A stretch of DNA of 64,000 bases from Herpetosiphon gulosus (GCF_039545135.1 NZ_BAABRU010000004.1:322427-386426); one strand, 5' to 3'; shown: positions 21,051-31,102, numbered from the stretch's first letter. Notes: generated from the sequence alone by a model not told the origin. Made by a program: numbers and translations.

Positions 21051-21329
21051 CTATGATAGGCCAATATCCCAAGTGGCGGCGATTTCTTCTTTAGTGAATG
21101 AGCGAAAAGCCAAGACGGTTGAGGTGCGCACAATGCCCTTGAGGCTGCCAATTTGGTCGGGCACAGTTTTGGCGAGCTGATCATAATCGGCCAAACGCAC
21201 AATCGCGATAATATCCCATTCGCCAGTGACCGAATAGACCTCAGCCACACCTTCAATTGCGGTTAAGCCCGCCGCTACGCCGTTGGCAGCGCTTGGTTCA
21301 GTTTGAATATGCACAAATGCGGTAATCAT
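21051..21329 (-). CDS. Stand-alone Lrp/AsnC ligand-binding (RAM) domain protein
   Basis: 92 aa; VTGEWDIIAIVRLADYDQLAKTV...IVRTSTVLAF matches the AsnC C-terminal domain. No HTH. Confidence 0.7.
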   Translation of the reverse strand: MITAFVHIQTEPSAANGVAAGLTAIEGVAEVYSVTGEWDIIAIVRLADYDQLAKTVPDQIGSLKGIVRTSTVLAFRSFTKEEIAATWDIGLS

Positions 21330-21392
21330 CGCTAGTTCCTCGCCATAGCATCCAAAAAAGTTAGGGCTATTTTAACACACTCGCCAATCGGC

Positions 21393-23300
21393 TTAGGGCA
21401 GCAGCCGTAGGCGCTGAATCGTGACGGTTTGCTGCTCAGCACCCGTTACGACTGGATCAAGTCGCAACATGCCGATTGGGCCTTGCCATGTTGCTATTTG
21501 GCTGAGATCAAGGGTGTAGGTATGCAGCGCTCCATCGCCAATCACATCCCATGAGACCGAATGATCTTCAGTTGCACCCTCGCCAGGAGCCATCCAATAC
21601 AGTTGACTATGTTGATTTGGCAGTGTGCTGGCCATGGTAATTTCAAGCTTGCGCCATTGGCTGCTCTCCAGATTAATCCGTGGGCTAAGCAAATGCGGGT
21701 CTTGCTGAGGGATAAATCTCCAGCCAGCGCCCCAAGTGCTGGCAGTAATAAAATTCTCGCGCCAGCCCAAACTCCAATGCTGCCAGTGCCAATCGGGCAA
21801 GCCTTGAGGAATCGGGTCGAGCTTGAGATAACTGGCATGGGTCAGGGTTATTGGCTGAGCTTGGGCTAAAAACGGGGCAAAACATGCGGCAACTGCTGAT
21901 TGCTCTAGCCCATAGCGTTCGAGCAAAATTGGGCTAGGCTCGATTGCCTGTTGATCAAGCCAAACCGTATAGCCAGCACTGGTGGTATCGACGATTTTGG
22001 CACTAATTTCCAAGCAACCATGCTGCCAATCGCCAGGGCTAACGCTGAGTGGTAGGCTGTTTGGGCGCTCAAATTCATATTCGGCATACAAGGCTTGCAA
22101 GCCATTCGGCACGAAATAAAAATCATTGGGCGTGCCAGTCTTGGCTAATTCAGTGATTATTCGGCGATCTTGATCGTTGGCAGCATCGCCATTGGCATAA
22201 ATTTGCCAGCCATTGCTTAAACTCATGCCAACCAAGGCCCAACTTAGGGCTGGCTGCCACCAACGGCGCTGCGGTAGATTGATCGTATGTAAACTAAGCG
22301 TGATCAATAAAGCCCACGGCGGCAAGCAAGCAATCCAAAATTCAATATTATCGGGTTCCCACCAGCCAAAAAATAGGCTATAACTGATAAGCCAGGTTGC
22401 AGCCAATACCACCAATGTTTGTGATTGTCGCCAAATCAAACGCCAACGCCAAGCGATTAAGCCACAGCTGGCTAGCAAAACCACGCCACCCATCCAAGCG
22501 TGGATCGTATGCTGCCAGCCGTTGAGCAAATTGGCAAAGGTGTTAGCATTAGTTGTGCCCCACAAACCAGTGTTGGCATATTCAAACAGCCACTGTTGCA
22601 CTTGTGGCCATGTGCGGAAGCCACTCAAGCCAAACATCACCACAGCATAGCTACCGCCAACTACTAGCAACCCAACCATGGCATAGTGCAAAAATGCCTG
22701 CCAGCGTTGTTTCCAAGCGGTAGTACCCCATGCAGCGCTCAGCCAAACCACCAGCACAGGCACAAGCCAGAGCACATTAGTTTGATGAAATAGAATTGCC
22801 GCGCTATGGGCTAGCCCAAGCCAGCGCCAATTGCTCAACGTTTGGGGCGTTTGAGCCAGTCGAAGCAACAAGCCAGTAGCGATAATTAAAAACAAGCCCG
22901 CCAAGGTATAGACCTCGACCTCAACTGCGTAATACCACCAAGCATAGGCTCCGCCAACCAACACACTGCCGCTAGTTGCCAGCCAAGGCTGGTTGGTCAA
23001 ACGCTGAAGCAAACGCCACCACATGATCACGCCGCTGGCTCCAGCCAGCACATTCAGCATTTGCAACGGCCCAAATGCCATGCCGTGATAGCCCAAACCT
23101 TGGCTGAGCCAATAGACAATCTCGCCAAGCGGCCCATAGAATAGATGATGAGGATGAAACGATTCGCGCCATGGCTTGGCTTGCACCGCCGTCGCGTAGG
23201 AGTAGGCATCGAAGGTATGAATTTGGGTGAGCGTCAGGCTATAAAGCATAACCAAACCCAGCCACGCCAAACCAAGCTTTAAACGAGAATGTTGCTGCAT
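21393..23300 (-). CDS. Polytopic membrane protein, putative GT-C-fold glycosyltransferase (ArnT/PMT-like) with C-terminal extracytoplasmic domain
   Basis: More than 10 predicted TM helices in the N-terminal 400 aa, with a soluble C-terminal ~230 aa. Probable start MQQHSRLK. Confidence 0.45.
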   Translation of the reverse strand: MQQHSRLKLGLAWLGLVMLYSLTLTQIHTFDAYSYATAVQAKPWRESFHPHHLFYGPLGEIVYWLSQGLGYHGMAFGPLQMLNVLAGASGVIMWWRLLQRLTNQPWLATSGSVLVGGAYAWWYYAVEVEVYTLAGLFLIIATGLLLRLAQTPQTLSNWRWLGLAHSAAILFHQTNVLWLVPVLVVWLSAAWGTTAWKQRWQAFLHYAMVGLLVVGGSYAVVMFGLSGFRTWPQVQQWLFEYANTGLWGTTNANTFANLLNGWQHTIHAWMGGVVLLASCGLIAWRWRLIWRQSQTLVVLAATWLISYSLFFGWWEPDNIEFWIACLPPWALLITLSLHTINLPQRRWWQPALSWALVGMSLSNGWQIYANGDAANDQDRRIITELAKTGTPNDFYFVPNGLQALYAEYEFERPNSLPLSVSPGDWQHGCLEISAKIVDTTSAGYTVWLDQQAIEPSPILLERYGLEQSAVAACFAPFLAQAQPITLTHASYLKLDPIPQGLPDWHWQHWSLGWRENFITASTWGAGWRFIPQQDPHLLSPRINLESSQWRKLEITMASTLPNQHSQLYWMAPGEGATEDHSVSWDVIGDGALHTYTLDLSQIATWQGPIGMLRLDPVVTGAEQQTVTIQRLRLLP

Positions 23301-23381
23301 GCGGCTTCCAAAAAGCGAGCTAAAACAATGACACAGCCTGTTGTCCAGACTGTGCCATAGTACCATTGAATAGGCGATAGG

Positions 23382-25625
23382 TTATTTAGTTGTCCAAGGC
23401 AGATAGGTTTTTTGCAGTGGTGGAGTTACCACAACTGTGCCTTGCATATTACCATGCAAGCTACAAACATAGCTGAAGGTGCCAACTTGATCGAAGGTTA
23501 CTGCATAATCTTGGTTCTGGCTGAGGTTGCCTGAATCCCAAACGAACGGTGTTTGGCTGCGAGTTGTCGTGTGAGTTGAAGCATCAAGGTTACGCCACAA
23601 GATGCTCGTTCCCAAAGTAACCGTAATTGGGCTAGGGCTAAAGCGGAAGTTTTGAATATTGACGGTTTGGGTCGTCGCGAAATCAAAGTCTTGGATGATG
23701 GTCTGATTGAGCACTACGGTTACCGTTGCCACTTGGGTTTCCAAAGCCATAAATTCGCTAGAAATCGTAAAGGTTCCGGCTGGTAAATCCAAACTATAAT
23801 CGCCGTTAGCATCGGTTTCGGTTGTGAAATTGCCTGGGTTGGCAGTGATGCTTACGCCAGCGCGGCCAGTGCCATTGAGGGTTGCATTCCCGCTGACTGT
23901 ACCACCACCAAATTCAAAGTCTTCAGTGGCAACTTGACCTTTGACAATCGTTACTTGGCGGGTCATTGGCGTTTCATTTGGCACCGTCACGGTTGCGGTG
24001 TAGAGGCCTGCTGGCAAGCTGGTGCTATAAACCCCAGTGGTTTTGCCGAATTCAACTACACCAACGCTATTTTCCAAGCGAATGGTTGCTGAGGTTGCCG
24101 CCGTGCCATCAACCGTGATGCTGCCTTGCAAGGTTGGGGCAATGGCAGTCAAAGCATTAACATAGCCATGGCCAAAGGTGTTGTTAGGAATGCTTGTGCC
24201 AGCAACGCCACCACAGGTTTGGGTTGAAGGCGCTGGGGTAGCGGTTTCTTGCAAGATTGCGCGAGTTAGATCAACTTGGCCTTGTAGTTCTGGGCGAGCC
24301 GACCATAACAAGGCCACGACCCCAACCACGTGTGGGCTAGCCATACTCGTGCCTGAGCTTGAACCATAGGTACTATCACTACCATTGGTTGCCGAGCGAA
24401 CGCTCGAACCAGGCGCAGAAATATCTGGGCCAATCCGGCTAGCACCATTATTGGTAGCAGGACCGCGGCTGCTAAACCCAGAAATTGCGCCACTTGAGGT
24501 ATGTGAGCCAACCACAAAGCTTTCAGGGTAGATCGCGACTGGCGTGGTGATAGTAGCACAGCTGCTACCATCATTCCCAGCTGAAGCCACAAACATAATC
24601 CCAGCATTGGTCACATTTTGAACTGAAGTTTGAATCCCGTCAGAAGGCGTATTGGTACAACCTTCTGTGTCTGGACAACCCCACGAGTTGTTGACAACGT
24701 GTGGTGCTTTGCTGGGGTCGCCTTGAGCACTAGTGCCAGCAGCGGGGAATGGAGCCAGCATCCAGTCGATACAGCGAATGTAGGTTGCAGGCGTACCATT
24801 GCCAGCATCCATGTTACGGCAGGCGATCCATTTTGCGCCAGGTGCAACCCCAATTTGTTCGCCTGTGCCGTTATCGCCCACAACCGTACCAACGGTGTGA
24901 GTTCCATGCGAGTTATCATCACAAGGTGCATTGATCGCAATCCCACAGGGGTTGCTGCCACCTAACGAGGTGCGAATGCCGTCGTACCAGTTGTAATCGT
25001 GGCTAGCATTTGCGCCATCCCAGCCGCGATATTTATTCTTCAATGCAGCGTGAGTCCAGCGCACGCCAGTATCTTCGCCTGCAATCACAATCCCTTGGCC
25101 AGTAATGCCTTTAGCCCAAACTTGAGGCGCTTTCACATAATCAACACCCCATGTCGTGGTATTGACTGTTTGTGGTGCTGGATTGGTTTCGGCAACTGGT
25201 TTTTCGACCTTGACCACAATCGAATCTTCAATCAATTGCTTAACACTGGCTTGCTCGGCCAGCCATTGAGCACTAGCTAAATCAAGTGTCGCATACAAGG
25301 CATTAACCGAGAGAAAGCCCTCTGATCGAATACCACGGTTGCTAAGTTCGGCGAGCAACGGGGTTTGATCGCGTTGGGCTTGTTGACGAAGGGCAGCAAC
25401 GACTGCCGCACCTTTGGCTTCTTTGCTTGCCAAACGATCAGCAAAGTTGGTATCGACTTGGGCTTGCAATAGCACCAACGTTGGTACTTGTTGGCCTGCA
25501 TTCAGCTTTGCCAGCAGGGCTGAATCGGCTTTGCTCGCGAGGCGGTCGGGGGTGTTGGCGGAGGCGCTTGGCAGACAAAAAGCTGCCAACACCATCAGGA
25601 GGATGAATGGTTTGATCAGACGCAT
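23382..25625 (-). CDS. Secreted subtilisin-like serine protease (S8) with beta-sandwich (CarbopepD_reg-like) domains and a C-terminal cupredoxin-like domain
   Basis: Signal peptide MRLIKPFILLMVLAAFCLPSASA. Catalytic triad motifs GEDTGVRWTHAAL (D), HGTHTVGT (H), GTSMASPHVVG (S). C-terminus ...ASTHTTT...YVCSLHGNMQGTVVV resembles type-1 copper ligand spacing (H..C..H..M). Confidence 0.85.
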   Translation of the reverse strand: MRLIKPFILLMVLAAFCLPSASANTPDRLASKADSALLAKLNAGQQVPTLVLLQAQVDTNFADRLASKEAKGAAVVAALRQQAQRDQTPLLAELSNRGIRSEGFLSVNALYATLDLASAQWLAEQASVKQLIEDSIVVKVEKPVAETNPAPQTVNTTTWGVDYVKAPQVWAKGITGQGIVIAGEDTGVRWTHAALKNKYRGWDGANASHDYNWYDGIRTSLGGSNPCGIAINAPCDDNSHGTHTVGTVVGDNGTGEQIGVAPGAKWIACRNMDAGNGTPATYIRCIDWMLAPFPAAGTSAQGDPSKAPHVVNNSWGCPDTEGCTNTPSDGIQTSVQNVTNAGIMFVASAGNDGSSCATITTPVAIYPESFVVGSHTSSGAISGFSSRGPATNNGASRIGPDISAPGSSVRSATNGSDSTYGSSSGTSMASPHVVGVVALLWSARPELQGQVDLTRAILQETATPAPSTQTCGGVAGTSIPNNTFGHGYVNALTAIAPTLQGSITVDGTAATSATIRLENSVGVVEFGKTTGVYSTSLPAGLYTATVTVPNETPMTRQVTIVKGQVATEDFEFGGGTVSGNATLNGTGRAGVSITANPGNFTTETDANGDYSLDLPAGTFTISSEFMALETQVATVTVVLNQTIIQDFDFATTQTVNIQNFRFSPSPITVTLGTSILWRNLDASTHTTTRSQTPFVWDSGNLSQNQDYAVTFDQVGTFSYVCSLHGNMQGTVVVTPPLQKTYLPWTTK

Positions 25626-25712
25626 AGGCTCCCCACACAGGTAAAAGATATTAAGGTTGAAGGCAAGTATAGCAAACTTTTGGGCATGGTAAAATAGCAT
25701 GATGCTGATAGA

Positions 25713-26726
25713 TTGCCCAATACGCTGAAATGGAAAACTATGGAAGATTTTTTGCGCCGAGCAGCGGCGGATTTACATATTGGGGTTGAACAAACCAGCC
25801 CAACCACTTGGACGCTGACGATCCCCGGGAGTTTGGCGCGGGTTTTTGGCAAAGAAACGGTTTTGGTAACAACCGATAAGCAGGTGGCGGCGCTCGATCC
25901 TGATCTTCAATTACTTTCGCCGAACTCATCGTTAACCTTGCGCTTAGCCGAGCAACTGCGCTCACGTGGGCGGCCAACCCATCGCGCTCGCTTGGAATGG
26001 TATCCCGATCAAGCATCATTGCTGGCCGATGTGCAGGAAGCTCAATTAATTCAAGGCCCAAGCTTGCAACTGAGCGGGTTGCAACAACATATTGTATTGC
26101 GAATTACCTTTCGCATTCGCTTTGAACGCGAGGTGATTGAGGAAAAAATGGTGGCCTGTTGTGTCGATTATGAAACTGGCCAAGTTTGGCCAACGATCAC
26201 CGACATCACCAATTTGCGCGATCAACTCACGCCGTTGCCCTCAACTGGCCTAACCGATGAGCATGTGAATGTGGCATTGCACCATGCCCGCCGCTGGCTT
26301 GAGCGCTTGCTCTACCCGCAAAAAGCGCTGCACGAAGCCCAACTGGCCCAACTACTGGCAGTCGAAAAAGCGCGGATCAACGCCTTTTACGATGCGCTCG
26401 AAGAAGATTCGGGCCTAGCACTGGGAGCCAAAGAGGGCGAATCCAACAAGCAATATGCCCTCGAAGAAGAACGTAAACGCCTACTCGATGAGCAAGAATA
26501 TCGTTATGCCTTATCGTTGGCAGCCGAAACTGTCAGCGTAGCAACAATTCAAACGCCAGTGCTGCATATTGGCAGCAAACAACAACCACATTTAATTGCG
26601 ATCTCGCCCTTATTCGAGCCGATGATTCAATTGCCCCATTGCCAAACCTGTGGCCGCCAAGCCAGTTTGGTACAGCATAAAGAGCAATTGGTTTGCAATG
26701 TTTGCCATCAGGTGCTAGCACAATAA
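25713..26726 (+). CDS. Hypothetical protein with C-terminal CxxC...CxxC zinc-ribbon
   Basis: 337-aa ORF with no recognisable family. C-terminus LPHCQTCGRQ...LVCNVCHQV. The start may be the internal M at 25740. Confidence 0.5.
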   Translation: MPNTLKWKTMEDFLRRAAADLHIGVEQTSPTTWTLTIPGSLARVFGKETVLVTTDKQVAALDPDLQLLSPNSSLTLRLAEQLRSRGRPTHRARLEWYPDQASLLADVQEAQLIQGPSLQLSGLQQHIVLRITFRIRFEREVIEEKMVACCVDYETGQVWPTITDITNLRDQLTPLPSTGLTDEHVNVALHHARRWLERLLYPQKALHEAQLAQLLAVEKARINAFYDALEEDSGLALGAKEGESNKQYALEEERKRLLDEQEYRYALSLAAETVSVATIQTPVLHIGSKQQPHLIAISPLFEPMIQLPHCQTCGRQASLVQHKEQLVCNVCHQVLAQ

Positions 26727-26732
26727 TTTTTG

Positions 26733-26963
26733 CCCTCACCCCTCACCTCAACCTTTCAAAGGATAGCTGACGTTCCCTCACCCCTAACCCCTCGCCCACT
26801 GCGGTGGGCGAGGGGCGTTCACCGTTCATGATGGGAGGGTTCCCCCTCGCCTCGCTGGGCGGGAGAGGGGGTGAGGGGGTGAGGGCATGCCAATCGATGG
26901 GAAATCCCACCCAATTATTGGTAAGAATCGGCTCTTATAAGGTCTAGGGGGCGAGGGCATGCC
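26733..26963. repeat. Module B GC-rich palindromic repeat (ccctcacccc..cccctcgccc..gggcgagggg..gggtgaggg)
   Basis: Same family as 17098, 32732 and 41401. Confidence 0.8.
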
Positions 26964-27185
26964 AAACTCCTAGCTATCCAGCCGACCTTCGTAAAAGCCT
27001 ATTACTTAATAAAGGTTAATCAAGGATAGGACTTAAGGCGCTTGCAAGGGCTTGCAAACAAAACTATGATACTAGCCAAGCATAGATCCTTTAGCCCTGA
27101 ACGTTACACCCTTTCTATGCAAATCAGTTTTCGTAGCCTGTAGAATTGGCATAGTACTGAGCGTTGCAGAAGCGAAAGGGGAAGT

Positions 27186-28250
27186 ATGCGTTACACCCAG
27201 CCCTATCTTGAATCGTTGCGCCCAATTGGCGACCCTGCCGCCGATCGCTTGATTGAACAATTGGCCAGTAATGGCGATTTAGCGCGGGTCAGCCAAGTGT
27301 TACGTCAAATCACCAAAAACGATCAGCCTTTACCCCGCGATTTACCCCCTGTTTTGTTTGATTGGCTTGAACACCATTGTAGCCCGCATGGGTCAATCGA
27401 TTGGCAACGGATCAATAATGGCGCAGCATTTTTCGCTCGCTACGGCATGGCAATCACGGTGGTACTCTCAACCGCAGCCTTGATTGGCTGTTATGCCGCC
27501 CAAAAAGGGGTCAAAGTGCTGACCCAAACCCAACGCTTGCAGGCGGAACCTTATCGCCGAGTCACTGAATCGGGCCATTTTTTGATGACGGTATTACAGC
27601 CGCAGGCGCTCCAAACCAACGGGGCGGGCTTGCAGGTGATTCAAAAAGTGCGCCTAATGCACGCCGCTGTGCGTTATCAAATTGCTCACGCTGGCCAATG
27701 GAAGAGCGCTGAGCTTGGTGTACCGATTTGCCAAGAAGATATGCTGGGAACGCTGATGGTGTTTTCGTATGGCGTTATTTGGGGCTTGGAGCAATTGGGC
27801 TATCGCATAGCCGCTCAAGCTGCCGAAGATTTTTTGTATACTTGGTGTGTGATTGGCGAATTGATCGGGATTGATCCGACGAGCTTACCACGCTCGATGG
27901 CTGAAGCCGAAGATCTGGCCTATAGCATTTCTAATCGTCAGCATGGCCCGTCTGATGAGGGGCGCGAATTGACTCAAGCGCTGCTAGCAATGCACACTGG
28001 GCTATTACCAGGTCGCTTTTTCGATGGCATGGTTCCAGCATTAATTCATCATCTCGCAGGTGATGAGGTTGCTCGCTGGATGGGCGTGCCGCAAACCCGT
28101 TGGAAATATGCGGTACGCTATCTCAAAACCCTCAATAGTGCCATGCGCAGCATCACCCAACGCTTTCCAGCTATCGATGAGCAATTTGATCGACTGACCT
28201 TCTTGCTGCTCCAACGTTGGACTGGCGCAATCCATCGTGGCGAACTTTAG
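27186..28250 (+). CDS. Hypothetical protein, possibly DUF2236/MpaB-like oxygenase family
   Basis: N-terminal ...LRPIGDPAADRL and VRLMHAAVRYQI motifs are reminiscent of DUF2236. Assignment is weak. Confidence 0.4.
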   Translation: MRYTQPYLESLRPIGDPAADRLIEQLASNGDLARVSQVLRQITKNDQPLPRDLPPVLFDWLEHHCSPHGSIDWQRINNGAAFFARYGMAITVVLSTAALIGCYAAQKGVKVLTQTQRLQAEPYRRVTESGHFLMTVLQPQALQTNGAGLQVIQKVRLMHAAVRYQIAHAGQWKSAELGVPICQEDMLGTLMVFSYGVIWGLEQLGYRIAAQAAEDFLYTWCVIGELIGIDPTSLPRSMAEAEDLAYSISNRQHGPSDEGRELTQALLAMHTGLLPGRFFDGMVPALIHHLAGDEVARWMGVPQTRWKYAVRYLKTLNSAMRSITQRFPAIDEQFDRLTFLLLQRWTGAIHRGEL

Positions 28251-28350
28251 CGAAACTCTCAGCGAACGCGTGGCCTAATTTTCAACCAAGCCCCAGCCAA
28301 TGCTACACTGAGACCGATCTGGCTTTGCCACGATTGGTCTTTTTTCATCC

Positions 28351-28402
28351 TTGACACAATTCAGTTTACAGTGTAAATTCATTTATAGATTTACAGTGTA
28401 AA
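28351..28402 (+). promoter_or_regulatory. TetR-gene promoter (TTGACA -35 at 28351) with two copies of the 13-bp palindrome TTTACAGTGTAAA (28365-28377, 28390-28402) - candidate autoregulatory TetR operators
   Basis: Two near-perfect dyad copies spaced 25 bp centre to centre, overlapping the -10/TSS region immediately upstream of the TetR start. Confidence 0.6.
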
Positions 28403-28419
28403 TCTATTGAGGTTTTGAA

Positions 28420-29118
28420 ATGGCGCGAACCCGTAATCAAGCACTCAACGATGAAACGATCATTCACATTAAGCAAGCGGCCCGCCAACTAATGGCACAA
28501 CATGGCACAGCCGGCTTATCGATTCGTGGGATTGCCAAAGTTCTATCGGTTAGCCCACCAGCCTTGTACCACTATTTTGCTAATTTGGAAGACCTGATTA
28601 CAACCTTGATTGCCGATAGTTTTAATAGTTTGGCCGATACCTTAGATGCGGTTGGGCTTAAATCGCGCACAAAAACCAAGGCTGGGCGTTTGTTGATGGT
28701 CTTTGAGGCCTATCGCCAATGGGCCTTCGACCATCCGATCGACTTTCAATTGATCTATGGCAATCCAATTCCTGGCTATAACGCGCCACGCGAAATTACC
28801 GTACCAGCGGTGGTTCGCACCTTTATTACGCCAGTTCGCTTGGCTGATCTCGCGATCAAAGCTGGCGAATCAAGCCTCAAGGATTTTCGCATTCCAGCAT
28901 TTTGTGCTGAGCATATGAATGCCATGATTGTCGAACATGGCTATCCTGTGTCCTTAGAGTCGATGTACCTGATTATGACCCTTTGGACGCAAATTCATGG
29001 CCTGATTATGTTGGAATTGTATGGACATCTTAGCTCGAATGTTGGCAATGCCGACGCTTTCTATCGCCATCGCGTCATAGAAATGCTGCATACGTTTGGT
29101 TTTGACGATCTAACTTAA
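28420..29118 (+). CDS. TetR/AcrR-family transcriptional regulator
   Basis: TetR HTH LSIRGIAKVLSVSPPALYHYFANLEDL; 232 aa. Confidence 0.85.
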   Translation: MARTRNQALNDETIIHIKQAARQLMAQHGTAGLSIRGIAKVLSVSPPALYHYFANLEDLITTLIADSFNSLADTLDAVGLKSRTKTKAGRLLMVFEAYRQWAFDHPIDFQLIYGNPIPGYNAPREITVPAVVRTFITPVRLADLAIKAGESSLKDFRIPAFCAEHMNAMIVEHGYPVSLESMYLIMTLWTQIHGLIMLELYGHLSSNVGNADAFYRHRVIEMLHTFGFDDLT

Positions 29119-29197
29119 TTCAATTTGGCCAGCACAATCAACGAGCCTTAGCAACCAGGCTTAGTTTGCTGTTGCCAAAAATCAGCAAGGAAGCATT

Positions 29198-30124
29198 ATG
29201 ACAAGTGAATTACACGTTATTTTTGGCACAGGCCCAATTGGTAAGGCAACCGCTCGCTGTTTGGTCAGTGCGGGCAAACAAGTGCGCATGATCAATCGTT
29301 CCGGCAAGGCCAGCCATCTGCCCGAAAGCGTTGAGGTGCTAGCTGGCGATATTTATGATCAAGACTTCGTCGCCCAACAAGCGCAGGCCGCCACCAGCGT
29401 TTACCAATGTGCCCAACCAGCTTATTACGAATGGACGAGCAAATTTCCAGCAATGCAAACAGCGGTGATCGAGGGTGTAGCCCAAAGTAAGGCCAAGTTG
29501 GTGGTGATGGAAAATTTATATGGCTATGGGCGCAGCAACGGCCAACCAATGACTGAAAATACACCTTTTGCCGCCCATACCCGCAAGGGCAAATTGCGAG
29601 CACAGATGAGTGAGCAACTGTTTGCCGCCCATCGTGCAGGCAAGATTCGCGCAACCAGCGTGCGAGCCTCAAATTTCTACGGCCCCGAATATCAATTAAT
29701 GGGAGATCAGGTGGTTAAGCCAGCCTTGCAAGGCAAAAAAGTTAATTTGCTCGGCAAAGCCGATGTTCCGCATAGCTTTAGTTATGTCAATGATATTGGT
29801 GCAACCTTGGCATTACTTGGCACTGATGAGCGTGGTTTAGGCCGACCGTGGCATGCCCCCAGCCCTGCCGCACTAACCCAACAGGAGTTTGTGGCAATTT
29901 TAGCCAAGGTTTTGGGCCAGCCAGTCGGCTATCGCACCGTCAATACTGCCATGGTTTGGCTGCTTGGGCGCTTTATCAAAGAATTAGCCGAAACCGTCGA
30001 GATGCTGTATGAGTGGCAAGCGCCCTTTATTATGGATAGCAGCGCCTTTACCAAAACGTTTGGGCTTGAGGCAACTCCAATTGAACAAGGCGTTAAAGCC
30101 ATGGCCGATTGGTTTCGCAATTAA
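29198..30124 (+). CDS. NAD(P)-dependent epimerase/dehydratase (atypical SDR, NmrA-like)
   Basis: Rossmann motif VIFGTGPIGKATARCL; 308 aa. Confidence 0.75.
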   Translation: MTSELHVIFGTGPIGKATARCLVSAGKQVRMINRSGKASHLPESVEVLAGDIYDQDFVAQQAQAATSVYQCAQPAYYEWTSKFPAMQTAVIEGVAQSKAKLVVMENLYGYGRSNGQPMTENTPFAAHTRKGKLRAQMSEQLFAAHRAGKIRATSVRASNFYGPEYQLMGDQVVKPALQGKKVNLLGKADVPHSFSYVNDIGATLALLGTDERGLGRPWHAPSPAALTQQEFVAILAKVLGQPVGYRTVNTAMVWLLGRFIKELAETVEMLYEWQAPFIMDSSAFTKTFGLEATPIEQGVKAMADWFRN

Positions 30125-30148
30125 ATTGCAACGTGCAGCGCAATCAGA

Positions 30149-30724
30149 TCAAAAGGTTGCGCTGCATTGCAAAGCCTTGGCCAACAATTGTTTATATTCA
30201 GCTCGTGGAATTTCGTAGGCTCCAAATGTTGCTAAATGCGGCGTGATAAATTGGGTATCAAGTAGTTGAAAGCCACCCGCCCGCAAGCGTTCGACCAACG
30301 CCACCAAAGCCACTTTGCTGGCATCACGAGCTTTGCTCCACATACTTTCGCCAGCAAACAAACCCGCCAAACCCACCCCATACAACCCCCCAACCATCTC
30401 ACCATCCTGCCAAGCCTCGACACTATGGGCTAAACCACCAGCATGCAATTGACTATACATTTCAATAAATTCTTGGCTAATCCAGGTTTCATCGCGTTCA
30501 GCACAAGCCTGCATCGTTGCACGAAAGGCGGTATCAAAACGAATTTCAAAGGTTTGGCGGCGAATTGTGCGCTGCAAGGAATTAGATACATGAAACCGTT
30601 CGTCAAGTGGAATGATCGCCCGTGGATCAGGATCGTACCAATAGATCTGCCCATCCTCATCCATAGGAAAGATCCCTTGGGCATAGCCATAAATTAATAA
30701 TTGTGGTGAGAGTCGCTTGGTCAT
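30149..30724 (-). CDS. aat: Leucyl/phenylalanyl-tRNA--protein transferase
   Basis: MTKRLSPQLLIYGYAQGIFPM...WYDPDPRAIIPLDERFHVSNSLQR...GEMVGGLYGVGLAGLFAGESMWS match the L/F-transferase family. Adjacent to clpS. Confidence 0.85.
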   Translation of the reverse strand: MTKRLSPQLLIYGYAQGIFPMDEDGQIYWYDPDPRAIIPLDERFHVSNSLQRTIRRQTFEIRFDTAFRATMQACAERDETWISQEFIEMYSQLHAGGLAHSVEAWQDGEMVGGLYGVGLAGLFAGESMWSKARDASKVALVALVERLRAGGFQLLDTQFITPHLATFGAYEIPRAEYKQLLAKALQCSATF

Positions 30725-30760
30725 GCTATCATGTCTCCAAAAAGTGAGGTCAACCAACCA

Positions 30761-31102
30761 ATGAATACACGACGGGATGTCGCAACCGCCGAACCACAAA
30801 CAACAACTGATGTCGAGCTAGATTTTATCACGCTCAGCGATGAGGAACTGGAAAAGCCCTATCGGGTTATTTTGCAAAATGATGATATCACGCCCATGGA
30901 AGTGGTCGTCTGGGTTTTGGAAAAAGTCTTCGAGCAATCGTTTGAACAAGCCAAAAGGATTATGATCGAAGCCCATGTCAAAGGCCATGCTTTAGTCACA
31001 ATTTTACCCTTCAAAGAGGCTAGCGCCCGCGTCTACAGCGCCCAAAGCCGCGCCCGCGATATGGGCTTTCCGCTAGTGCTCTTTTTGGAGCCAGATTTTT
31101 AA
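30761..31102 (+). CDS. clpS: ATP-dependent Clp protease adaptor ClpS
   Basis: YRVILQNDDITPMEVVVWVLEKVF...AKRIMIEAHVKGHALV; start chosen at MNTRRD (the ORF track start 30731 is also possible). Confidence 0.85.
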   Translation: MNTRRDVATAEPQTTTDVELDFITLSDEELEKPYRVILQNDDITPMEVVVWVLEKVFEQSFEQAKRIMIEAHVKGHALVTILPFKEASARVYSAQSRARDMGFPLVLFLEPDF

